DNA of 64,000 bases, taken from NCBI GenBank assembly GCA_026770705.1, contig JANJGN010000022.1, forward strand, positions 21,390,001 through 21,454,000. Reading direction: 5' to 3'. Under the pieces are notes generated by a model that saw only the letters and a list, made by a program, of their open reading frames with translations, was not told where the DNA came from and ran no database searches. Below, piece by piece: positions 12,994-24,485 of the stretch; position 1 is the first letter of the stretch; every line of letters starts with the position of its first letter. A program made the position numbers and the translations under genes. The DNA is from Isurus oxyrinchus. Taxonomy: Eukaryota.

Positions 12994-13906
12994 TGTGTTA
13001 ACCCATGTGCTTTTGGGGGAAATTGTTTTATGTTGGGGCAATTGTCCCTTTTAAGAACTAGGTTTCTATAGAAGATTTCTTGTGAAAGGCAACTTGCTTC
13101 CAGTTACTGATCATGTACCAAGTTGCCTGGGGGATAAACAATAGTAACAAAAGCTATACAAGAAGTTAATTATGAGGATGGGCGAGGGAGAGATAGATTC
13201 CTGTGTGTGTGTGTGGTTCTGTTTTAAAGCAGTTGAGTTTAGAACAAGTAAGCAGGAATGTTTCAAGCTGGCAAGTTTCAAGCTGCATTCATTTGAAATT
13301 GTGTGCGCTGGCTAAAAGGGTTTAAATCCTTTGGTAACTGAAGGACTCTACAGTAAGTTGGATAACTGGGATAGCCAAACTGTGAAGAGAGAGAGAGAGA
13401 GAGAGAGACCCTAGATGCAAGACTCCAGAGTTAAAGAACATTAGAACCATGAGAGTTCTGTGGCTACGCTTAAGACATTAGTGATACCTGTGCTGAACTG
13501 GGAGTCTAAAACCATAGGACAGTTGGAAGAGATTTGAAGGTATAACCTTAGTGAAATAAGTGGAAGGTCCAAGAAATTTCAACCCTTATATGAATCTTTG
13601 AAACAGTACTTAGACCAAGTGGGCAAGTTTCCAGCTTCTGGTAAGAATCAAATGGGAAGGAAATTTGAGTAAAAAAATACAGTTTAGAGTGTAAGTAGCT
13701 GTGTTCATTGTATTTCTGTTTTTAACGTAGCTGACTAGTTAAGATAGAGTCTAGTTATCAGCATTCATGTTTTTTGACTTTGGTGTAGTAAAATTCTTTT
13801 GTTTTAAACAATGAACCGTGCGGTTTCATTCTTTTAGTAAATACTCGGGCTTTTAGACTTCCAGAAAAATTTTAAAACGTCACTGGTCTCTCCCGAGATC
13901 ATAACA
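12994..13906 (+). mobile_element. Solo LTR, 913 bp (Gypsy or ERV type)
   Basis: TG...CA ends (tgtgtta / cataaca), perfect 4-bp TSD CCAC at 12990-12993 and 13907-13910, internal (TG)n and (GA)n tracts, agtaaa signal near the 3' end. Confidence 0.85.
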
Positions 13907-16437
13907 CCACCAATTTTCTTAAGTTTTTGCTATTTTGAAAACTTCAGTTAATTTCTAAGCTTATCCCTCAATGAAAAAGACACCTTTTTTAACATCTGTT
14001 TTAATAATTATAATCTCCTTTTCCTGGTATACCCGAGACAGAGGTACAACAAAGGCTGAATTCAGGATATCAACAACATTGTTCGACTCACTGGTAAGTT
14101 AAGAACAGGTAAGCTATCTATCGAATTTCTCCGCGGGTGTATTAGACCCAAGGTTGTGCCACTGTTCATTTCCAAGTTTATTGATAATGCTAAAGTGAGA
14201 CACAGTCCTACTATAGAGCGAGCATTTATGCAGGTTGAGACTGAACTGAGTGATAGTAGGGTTACTAATTTATGCCATGTCCTACACTGTGTCTGGCCCG
14301 AGGTACGCAAATTTCTTTCATTTTTCAATTTGATCTGTGTGCCACTATTTTGCCTCAATAGATGACCACACGATAAAAAATGCATGCTTGAAACATGCCT
14401 GCAATGTAAACTCACTTAGGCGGAAGTGGTTTGGCACTGCAATTAATGACGCCGCCAAATACTTAGTCAAGATCTCTGACCATGCACTCTGAAAATAAGT
14501 AGTTTGTTCTCACACATGGCTTCAATTTTAGTGTGCCTTCGTCCCACATCAAACAGGAGTTCATGTTTGCTAAGCATAAACTCCTCTATTCCCAGCTATC
14601 CTGCCACAAACCAACGTCCAATGAAGACGATGAGTTCTTGAAAGCACACCGAGCTGATCTAGTGCACACATATTGCGGGATACCCAATGACTTAGCCGAT
14701 TTTCACATGCATCACAAATATCTGGTAGCATCGCAAGGCCTCAAGGGCAACCTAGATTTACATATCTGTAAGCCTGACAAAGGAACTGGAGTAGTCATGC
14801 TTAACAAGCATGACTATGTTGACAAAATGCAGGCCATTCTTAATAATGGGTCCAAATTTGTACTCTTTGGACCTGCTGCTAAGCATGATCGCACAGCCCT
14901 GTTTGAAGGCAAGTTACAAAAACGCTTATTGGCCTTGTGTAAGATTAACAAGTTGCCTGATTTTTTATATGTTAGGATTCAACCTCACGGTTCACTGTGT
15001 CCGCACATGTATGGGCTTCCCAAGATGCACACAAATGATGCCCCTTTATGCCTTATCTTATCCATGACAGATTCTGCATAAGATGAATTGTCTGAATGGT
15101 TGAGCAAGTTGTTACAACCAGTTCTGAGCAAATTTTCCACATGCACGGTGAAGGACGTCTTTGCAAAGACCATACAGGACTTGCATATCGATAGTAATGC
15201 CGTGTCCATATGCTAGTTCAACATTGCTAGCTTATTCACTAATGTGCTGCTCAAGGAATTTGCACCATATTACTATATCATGGTGATCTTGACATGCCGC
15301 CATTTTCTGAATCCGTATTTATTAAACTTATGAACTCAGCAACTTGCGCATAGATGATACGTTTGCTATATTTGAATCTGTAGCTGCATGTAAGAATTTC
15401 CTTACATCAATGAGCTCCATCATGCGCTCCAATTCACCATTGAAATGGAGCAGTCAAATGAGCTCCCTTTTCTTGATGTGCTAGTTCAGAGATCTGCCAG
15501 TGGGTTATCTACTACTGTCTACCACAAGCTCACCTTCACTGGTGACATACTTGCTGAAATTCCTGCAGTTCCATATGCTATAAGATTGGCCTTATCAGCA
15601 TCCTGGTAAATGGGGCCTGAGCCGTTTGCTCACAGCGTAAGCTTGTTGCGGAAATAGGGCGCATCAAAACTATCCTGCAGGTAAACGGCTATTGTGCAAA
15701 CTCATGAATGGGCCTAAGGCCTCCATGTTTGGACCTGAAGGGTGCTCAATGTACATCAGATTATCCTGGAAGGATAAGCTGTCTCAAAAATTTGAGCAAC
15801 ACATAAAGCTAGTCATTTCACCTGCTACTATGCAGTAGCAACACGAGCCCTAATTTCCACTAACAGGATGCTGCCAAAAACACGTTCTGCCTACCACACA
15901 AATGAGCCATATGGCATATGAATTTCAGTGCTGGTGTGATGCCAGGTATGTAGGCCGCACATCCCGATGACTGATGGATTGTATCAAACAGCATGTCCCT
16001 TTGGTTGTTTGCAGCAGGCAAAGTACTGATGTACTCAACCAGCCTATGCTTGCAAAACTCAAAACATGGTGTCCAACACGAGATGTGATTCCATAATTGG
16101 AGAACAGTTACTATGCAATCCCGATTGTGCTAAAAATTGCACTAATGACCAATTTGGAGTTCAGTTGGGCTCAGTGTGGCTTCTGTATGTGTACTGGAAG
16201 CTACACACAGGACCCTGTCCTTTGCAAACAGAACATATCCACGCATTGTACCTTATTCAGCAAAACCATTCCCTGGTTCATTTCCCAATGCAATTGATCA
16301 ATCAGAGTTGTCTAGCTTGGTTTGAGTTTGAACAAAAACTTCGCAGTTAACTGTTTCCTCCATGCATTCTCCATGGCAACACCTCTGCCAATCAGAGTCC
16401 ACTTGCCAACCAATTAGCACCCTCTTTTCTTGCAGTA

Positions 16438-19400
16438 AGAACATAACAAGAAATAAGAGCAGGAGTAGACCACATGGTCCTTCGAGCCTGCTTCACCATT
16501 AAATACGATCATGGCTGATCTTGGCCTTCCAACTCCATTTTCCCATCTGCTCCCTATCTCCCTTAATTCCCTGAAAGACCAAGAATCTGTCTGTCCCAGT
16601 CTTAAATGTATTCAACAATGGAACATCCACAACCCTCTGGGTTAGAGAATTCCAAAGATTCACAACCCCTTGAATGAAGAAATTTCTCATCTCAGTCCTA
16701 AATGATCGGTCCCTTATCCAGAGACTGTGCTCCCGTGTTTTAGATTTCTCGACCAATGGAAACAATTTCTCTGTGCCTATCCTATCAAGCCCCTTCAGAA
16801 TTTTGTCAGTTTCAATTAGATCGCCTCTCTTAACTCCAGAGAATATAAGCCCAATTTACTCAACATTTCATTATAGAACAAACCCCTTACCCCAGGGGCC
16901 AATTTAGTGAACCTTCGCTGTACCACCTCCAATGCAAGTGTATCCTTTCTTAAATGTGGAGATCAAAACTGCACACACTATTCCAGATGCGGCCTCACCA
17001 AAATCCTGTACAACTGTAGCAGGACTTCTTTATTCTTGTACTCCAATTCCTTGCGATAAAAGCCAACATTCCATTTGTCTTCCTAATTGCTTGTTGCACT
17101 TGCATGCTAACTTTGTGTTCCTTGTACAGCAAACCCAAGCATGTTTGAACATCAACACTTACAAGTTTCTCATCTTTTAAAAAGTATTTTGCTTTTTATT
17201 CTTACGGTCAACGTAAATAACTTCACATTCCTCTATATTCTACCCCATCTGCCACCTTGTTGTCCACTTACCTAACCTGTCTTTTTCTATTTGCAGACTC
17301 TGCCTTCCCCATAGCTCACCTTTCCACCTAGTTTGCTATCATCAGCAAATTTAAATCCATTACTCTCTTTCTTCATCTAAGTCATTAATATACACTGTAA
17401 ATAGCTGAGGCCCCAACTGATCCTTGCGGCACACCGCTATTCAGTGCCTGCCAACTTGAAAAAGCCCCATTTGTACCCACACTGTTTTCTATCCGTTAGC
17501 CAATCCTCTATCCATACTAATATATTACCCCCAACTCCATAAGCCCTTATTTAGCCTATTATTTTTTTGTGCTGCACCTTACCAAATGCCTGTTGGAAAT
17601 CCAGGTATGCTACATCTGTTGGTTCCCCTTTATCTACCCCATTAGTTACATTCTCAAAAATTCTAAGAAATTTGTCAAACAGGATTTCCCTTTAGTAAAA
17701 CCATGTTGACATTTCTAATCATACTATGCTTTTGTAAGTGCCTTAAGAGTTTCTTAATAGACTCCAGCAACTGATAAGCTAACTGGCCTGTAGTTTACTG
17801 CTTTCCCTCTCCCTCCTTTCTTGAAAAGTGGTGTAATATTTGCCAACTTCCAATCTAGTGGGATAAATCTAAATGTAAGAAATTTTAGAAAATCATAGCT
17901 AGCACACCTGCTATCTCTATAGCTACCTCTTTTAGGGTATTGGCCATCAGGTCCTGGGAATTTATCGGATTTTAGGCCCTTAAGTTTTTCCAATACTTTT
18001 TCTCTATGGATATTAATTTCCCTAATTTTCTCACACTTTTTAGCCCTTTGGTTATTGTCTCTTTCTGGTATGGAGCTTGTGTCATCTACTCTGAAAGCAG
18101 GCACAATATTTGTTCAATGCCTCCACCACTTCCATGTTTCCGATTTTTCTCCTGCATTTGCTTCTAAGCAACCAACGTTTACTTTAGCTACTCTATTCCT
18201 TTTTATATACTTATAAAAGCTCTTACAGTGTGTTTTTATATTTCTGGCTAGTTTACTTTCATTGTATTTATATCATTTTATCAACTTTTTGGTGGCTCTC
18301 TGCTGGTTTCTAAAACACCCAATCCTCAGATTTACTATTGCTTTTTGAAATATTGTAAGCCTGTTCTTTTAATCTAATACTATCCTTAACTTCCTGAGTG
18401 AGCCATGAGTGGGTCCTTCTTGCTGAGTTTTTGTTCTTCAATGGAATGTATTTTTGTTGAATGTCTTTAATTGTTTCTTTAAATGTTTCTCACTGTTCAT
18501 TTACCTCCATACCTTTTTGTCTATTTACCCAATTAATCTTAGCCAGTTCTCCCCTCATACTTGTAATTGGCTTTGTTTAAGATTTTTGTTCACGATTGGA
18601 ATATGTCAATTTCAAACTTAACATGGAATTGAATGGTATTATGGTCACTATTTCCCAGTGGATCTTTTATTAGGACATTCCTAATTTTTTATTATTCTTT
18701 CCTGGGCTGCGGCTTCACTGCCAAAGCCAACATTTGCAGCCCACCCCTGATTGCCCTTGAACTGAGTGGCTTGCTAGACCATTTCAGAAGGCAGTTAAGA
18801 GTTGACCACACTTCATTGCACCATACTGGATCTAAGGTAGCTTTATCCCTAGACGGTTCCACTACTTACTGATCCAAGAAACTGTCACGAAAACATTCCA
18901 CAAGCTCATCTTCCAGACCATTTTTGTCAATTTGATTGTCTCAGTCGATATGAAGATTAAATTCCCCCACAATTATTACATTTTCTTTGTTACAGGCTCC
19001 AACAATTTCTTGTTTAATGCCAATGGTATAACTACTAGTCAACCTATAAGCTACTCCCGCCAGTGTTTTCTGACCATTGCTTTTGCTAATTTCCACCCAT
19101 ATTGATTCTACTTCATGATCTTCAGAGGCCAGATCCTTTATCACTAATGTCCTTATGTCATGCTTTACCAAAAGGGCTACCCCACCTTTGCCATTCTGTC
19201 TGTCTTTCCGAAATATTGTGTATCCTGAAATATTTATTTCCTAACTTTGATCACATTGTAACCATGTTTCTGAAATGATGATTAGATCTGAAGCATTTAC
19301 CTCTATTTGTGCAACTAATTCAACTATCTTATTGCAGATGCTTTGTGAATTCAAATAAAGGAGCTTTAATTTCATTTTTTTTACTTCCGTTCCCTGCAAT

Positions 19401-19690
19401 GAACTTATTCACTGACATACATTTTTTGGTAAACTCTGCCCATTCCTGTCACACTCTGCTTTTCTTTACCCACATCGCTATACTATTCTGAAACCTCAAC
19501 TTTTCTCTTTGGATTTCTAAGCCTCCCTTCACCCACCAATCCCATTAGTTTAAAGCCCTGTCTGCAGCCCTAGTTATATGATTGACCAGGGCGCTGATCC
19601 CAGCCTGGTTCAAGCGGAGTCCATCCCAACAGCATAGCTCACTTTTCCCTGAATAGTGATGCCAATGCTTGTGAACTGAAGCATAAATTG
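16438..19690 (-). mobile_element. CR1 LINE (endonuclease to 3' end) inserted in the Penelope element
   Basis: Minus-strand peptides VESIWVEI...IIVGEFN (APE endonuclease), PGPDG...DWKLANITPLFKKG...NYRPVSL, RNFFIQGVVNLWNSL; agaacata tail at 16438. Confidence 0.92.
18685..18812 (-). mobile_element. L2/CR1-type 3'-end fragment nested in the CR1
   Basis: gccaacattt...ccctgattgcccttga shared with 27205-27285 and, in reverse, with 31520-31600. Confidence 0.6.
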
Positions 19691-19744
19691 AGATTTGGTG
19701 GTATTGTGAATCAATCCAGATGGGTAGACCATATAAGACTGAGA

Positions 19745-19974
19745 TGAGAAAAAATTAGAGGGTGGTAAATCTTTGCAATTCATTGTCCCCAGTGGGCTGT
19801 GGAAGCTCAATCATTGAGCAAGTTCAGGACAGAAATCAATGGATTTCTGGCGACTGATAACATAAAGGGATATGGAGATAGAGCAGGAAAGTGGCACTGA
19901 GTAGATGATCAGCCATGATCTAATTGAATAGCAGAGCAGGCTTGATGGACTGAATGGCTTACTCCTGTTTATGT
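19745..19974 (+). mobile_element. CR1 3'-end fragment, opposite orientation to the adjacent CR1
   Basis: gatcagccatgatctaattgaatagcagagcaggcttgatggactgaatggctttactcctg tail. Confidence 0.8.
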
Positions 19975-20112
19975 GAGCACAAGACAAGACAAAAAGCTTC
20001 AACAACTTGTCTCTTTCAGAAATATTCTTGGTATACTTTTTTTAAAAAAAAAATTGCTGTACCCTTTCTATTGATGTAATATCCTGCCCAAAACTGTACG
20101 CAATACTCCATA

Positions 20113-20766
20113 GAGAGAATTTTTCCTATGGCGGGCAGGCTGGGTATGGAGCTGATTGCCGCCCGCGATTGGTTGCGTGCCGCCATTTTTTGCGGGTGGG
20201 CCGATTAAGACCCGCCCAACATAACCCGCAGCCAGTAGCACTCAGTGCTACCTGTGCGGGGAGGGAGGAGGAGGGGTGGGGGGGGGCCTTGACACATGCG
20301 AGCGAAAAAGCGCAGCAATCTTCCTGAGGCATGGAGCTGCCTCAAAGAGATTGAATGAATGAGAAAACTTTTTAATAAATTAGTAAAAATTGATTTAAAC
20401 ATGTCCCCTCATGTGACACATGAGCTGGGACATGTTTGTGAAGTTAGGAAAATTTATTTATTTATTTATTTTATAAAAGCTTCAGGAAACCTCATCCTGC
20501 CCATGGATGAGGTTTCCTGAAAAACGCGAAGGCAGCTTGGGCTCTTTGCCTGCCCGCCAACCTTAAGGTTGGACGGGCAGTGTTCCTAACAAGTTTAATT
20601 ACTTTTTTAATGGTCTTAATAGGCCGTTGACAGTTCAGCAGGTGTGCAGCCGCCGCCAAACGAAATATTGAAATGACGTGCGATGATGACATGCGCGCCC
20701 GATGTCATTTCGCATTATTTTACACGTCGGGCCCACCCCTGCACACTGACTGAAAGACTCAGCCCC
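20113..20766. mobile_element. GC-rich MITE (PIF/Harbinger-like) with internal hairpins
   Basis: Decayed TIRs gagagaattttt / aaagactcagcccc, ATA on both flanks, CpG retention, internal palindromes at about 20397-20438 and 20481-20522. Confidence 0.7.
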
Positions 20767-21106
20767 ATATATAAGTTAAATATTGTTGTGTAGAAATCCA
20801 ACATCATTTCCTTGATTTTATATTTAATGCCCATTTGGTTTTAATGGCTAATACCGCTTGTACTATCACCACGTAAAGATTTAGGCATTGACACCCCTTG
20901 ATTTTTCTGTACCTCATTCTGTTAACTATTCTTACCTTTATTGTTTACTTCTATTTTACTCAAAATATACTAGTTTACATTTCTCTACAATGATTTGTAT
21001 CCAGCTTTTAATTGATGACTCTGCTAATCAATGCCCTCCTGCAACCTCCTTTATTTCTGATAGTTTGCCATACTCCTAGCTTCAGTATAATTCCTCTTGT
21101 CATTAT

Positions 21107-22253
21107 TTAGTCAGTTAGGCATCTGTCCATCTTGGACAATGATGGACTGTGCCAGGGTGTATGTCACTTCTGCATTGAACATGTCTGTTGTGGCTGTAGA
21201 GACTGATTCATGAGTGGCAGCCCCTTCCGCAGATGGCACAGATGAATAGCGTTGGCCCGAGTCAACTGATATTTTTTCCTTCTGGACTCTCTTTTTGGCC
21301 ATCTGGTCATTTCTTTTGCCTCCTGCTTTTCCACACCCTTCCTGACGGTTTGTCTCCATACACTCTGATCAGCAGTGAAGACTTCCTATGCAAGGACTCT
21401 GATCTGGTCAACTTTTAAGTCTAGCTTGCAGACATCCATGTATTGAGGCTACGCGTGACGTGTTGGTCTCATGCCGATCGCAAGCTCGCCGTAGAGCATG
21501 TCTTTTGGTTGGGGATGTGGCTGTCATTCATTCAGTTCTCATGTCCCAGCCAACAGAGTCACTGTTGTTTTGAGTTGACTGGAGGGAAGTATGCGAGGGC
21601 CCCTGCACGCTGGTGTACTTCCATGTTTGGCACTTTGTCTTGCCAGGAGATGTCCAGTATTCATCTGAGACAGTGGAGGTGGAAGCTGTTCAGCTGCTTT
21701 TCTTGGTTTGCATATGTTGTCCATGCCTCACTACTGTAAAGAAGGGTGCTGAGAAAACAAGTCTGGTACACAGGGAGCTTTGTATTTTCGGTAGTTTGGT
21801 GGTGATTCCCACTTGTCCTGATGCCAACTCTCTTTGACATATTTTTTTCCATGGTGCTATTGTATGCTTTTGGTGACTCAAATGAGGGTGCCTACCTTCA
21901 TTCCCGAGCTGACGGCAAGCTGTTCAACTTGGCAAGACTGCATGCCAAGACCAAAGTGCATAATGCCCTAGTCCGTGAGTTGCTGTTTGCTAATGACACC
22001 ACGCTGGCACCCTATACTGAAGTTCATTTGCAACAGCTTGTAGATCAGTTCTCCTGGGCCTGCAGGGAATTTGGACTTACAATTAGCATCAGGAAGACCA
22101 AGGTTATGGGCCAGGATGCAGAGACTCCGCTTTCCAATAACATTGACCTCCAGAGTGAGGTTGCCATCGACAGCTTCGTAAACCTAGAATCAACAATTTC
22201 CAGTAACCTGTCTCTTGATGCCGAAATCAGCACCTGGATTGCCAAGGCTGCAG
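21107..22253. mobile_element. RTE-clade LINE fragment with inverted 5' part
   Basis: Plus-strand PTLF.IFFS...GKLFNLARL...ELLFAND...FGLTISIRKTKV (RTE RT); minus-strand continuation TKL.VYQTC.LSTLLYSSEAWT; decayed 13-bp TSD at 21094-21106 and 22254-22266. Confidence 0.88.
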
Positions 22254-23649
22254 CTCTTATGATTGTGTCCAAATCTTTTTCAGATAGATGAGGATCAAAT
22301 GCCTGATACGTCAACACTAAATCCCACCAATCTTAAAAAAAAAGCTGTTTAATCCCACATGTTGCTTTCAGTTCCCTGCCATCTCTCACCATAAGTCTAT
22401 ATTTTCCTCATACTATGTGCTTTAATTTTCATGTCTCTTATTAAGTGCCTTCTGAAAATTCATTTGTAAATATCGACCACATTCCTTTTATCACTGTTTG
22501 AAAGAATTGAATTTGACTAGCATGAGCTGCCCTTTACAAATCTATGCTCTACTGTCCTGATTAGTTCATAACTTTCTAAATATTCACTAATTTCATTTCC
22601 TCATAGGAATCTTGGAAGTTTACCCACAACTGAAATAAGACTAATTGACTTTAATTTCTTGGCTTCTGTCTTTTTTGCACAGGGATCTATTTGTTACCAA
22701 CCAATCCTTTTGGCACAATTCCTGTTTCAAAGAAGTTATGACTCCCTTTCAGTGCTCTGAATCCATATGAGCCTGGATATTTTTAATCCTGTTCACTATT
22801 TTTAGATGTAATTTTCTTCTGAATATTTATCTCCAGCAGTTCCTCTGCCATATACTCAGGCACTTCCTATGGTTCCACAATGAACTGTTAAGATCTAATG
22901 CAGCATAATTATTAGCATCTCTACCATTCCCTCCCTTCATAACTGTGGTCCTACACCTTCTTTGATTTATCCTTCTGTATATGTTATTTTTTTAAAGCTG
23001 TCACTATTCGTTTGTCATCTTCTTTCATTCTATTCCTTAACCTTCCTAATTTTTCCTTTTACATCCACAAAGCTGTTTATATTTCTTTGTTTTTTTCTGT
23101 ATTATTCCCATTTTTCTTTTATAGTACCTTTTGAAAAACAATCTCTATACAACCCCAGCCTTTGACGTACCATCTTTATTCCTTGTTGGAATGCAATTTA
23201 GCTAGTACTTTATTCATTCTCTATTGAAACATCTTCCATTGCTAGCCTGCTGTCAATCTGGATTTAGCCCATTGCCTAATTTCAACTCTAGCATCTTTAT
23301 GTTGGAATCCTTTTTGCCCCTATGTTTTCAAATTGAACTTGATGAGATTATAGTCGCTACTTCACTCTTAAGGAAACTTGCTTGTCCTGCTCATTAACCA
23401 AAACAAGAGCTAGCACTGCATCTCTTATTGTTACAGTAGAGCAATTCATGCCTTTACTTGAAATCTTTTATGGAAGAGTATTCTGCTAAATTGTCACATG
23501 ATCTTAAATATTAGAGAGTAGTATTGTTTTTATCAATTACCAAGTTGACTCTTCAAAACCGTTGATCAGCAAGTTGAGGAAAAGGTATTTGGTTTACAAA
23601 TTCCATTGATCAGAAGAATCGGCTCTGGTGAATAATATGGAGGTGGAAG

Positions 23650-23792
23650 AATTTGTATTTGCATAATGCTTTATATTTTTTAGGACATCTCAATGTGTGT
23701 TACAACTAATTGATTTTTGAGTGTAGCGGCTGTTATTGGAGGGAAATGTGGCAGCCAAGCTACACGTAGCAAATTCCACATCAAACAAATAA
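23650..23792 (-). mobile_element. tRNA-SINE 3' fragment
   Basis: ttgtatttgcataatgcttt...ggacatctcaatgtg...gtggcagccaa similar to 42575-42730 and 60588-60700. Confidence 0.6.
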
Positions 23793-23794
23793 AT

Positions 23795-24485
23795 GGCCAG
23801 AGATAATAGCCTGAAAACCTTTGTCAACATAACAGCAAAGCTAATGGTGCTTGCCATTATTTAGTGCAAATGCCACAGCAACTTGAGGTGGGGACATTGC
23901 TAGAAGTTGCTTTTAGCTTCAAGAATATTACATTTCCCTGTCTGTCCCATCAGTTAAATATATTGAACACTGTGAAGTTCCTGTACTTTGTAAAAAAAAA
24001 AGTGAAATCGCCACAAAGTTAACAGTCATATCAAGTTTTATGCACCCTTTTACCAATGTGGTAAGTGTTAATTACTACCAGTCAACCACTGATACTGAAA
24101 ATTAACTATTACAGGCAGAGTCTCACCCCTTCAGATTTTGATTGTTGGAGATATTTTTTAAAAACAAAATTCAGTTTTTAACTTCTCTCAATTCAATATT
24201 TCTTTCTCTTTGTACCTGATTTGACATTGAATTCATCCATTCTAACTTGCACTTTCTTGTTAAGACCTTGCACTGTTAATTTCACAATCATTCAATCTGA
24301 TTAGTTAAGGAAATACAGTTGTTTTCCCTGTTCATTCAGATCGATCCCAGATGCTCTGTAGATGGCAACGTGTATTTGCACTTCCAGCAACTTGCCCTTT
24401 TAATCTCCATGATATTTTGTGAGACAAGGGCACGTCTAACTAACAGTGGTTGCAGTTCATTGACCAATTATCGAAATATTGGGCC
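23795..24485. mobile_element. Probable decayed MITE
   Basis: Imperfect terminal inverted repeats tggccagagaata / aatattgggcca. Confidence 0.4.

Larger units (their letters stand above)
14033..20024 (+). mobile_element. Decayed Penelope-like retroelement (family A; RT plus GIY-YIG), body 14033-16437, terminal remnant about 19975-20024
   Basis: KPDKGTGVVMLNKHDY, YGLPKMH, FNIASLFTNV, IDDTF, ELPFLDVLV and YEFQC.CDARYVGRTSR motifs; 12-bp TSD ttcctggtatac (14021-14032) / ttcttggtatac (20025-20036). Confidence 0.9.
12760..23480 (-). mobile_element. Old CR1 LINE broken into pieces by nested insertions
   Basis: Colinear decayed CR1 segments at about 12760-12993, 13907-14032, 20037-20112, 20770-21106 and 22254-23480 (e.g. 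cccaaaactgtacgcaatactcca, tattaagtgccttctgaaaattcatt). Confidence 0.65.
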
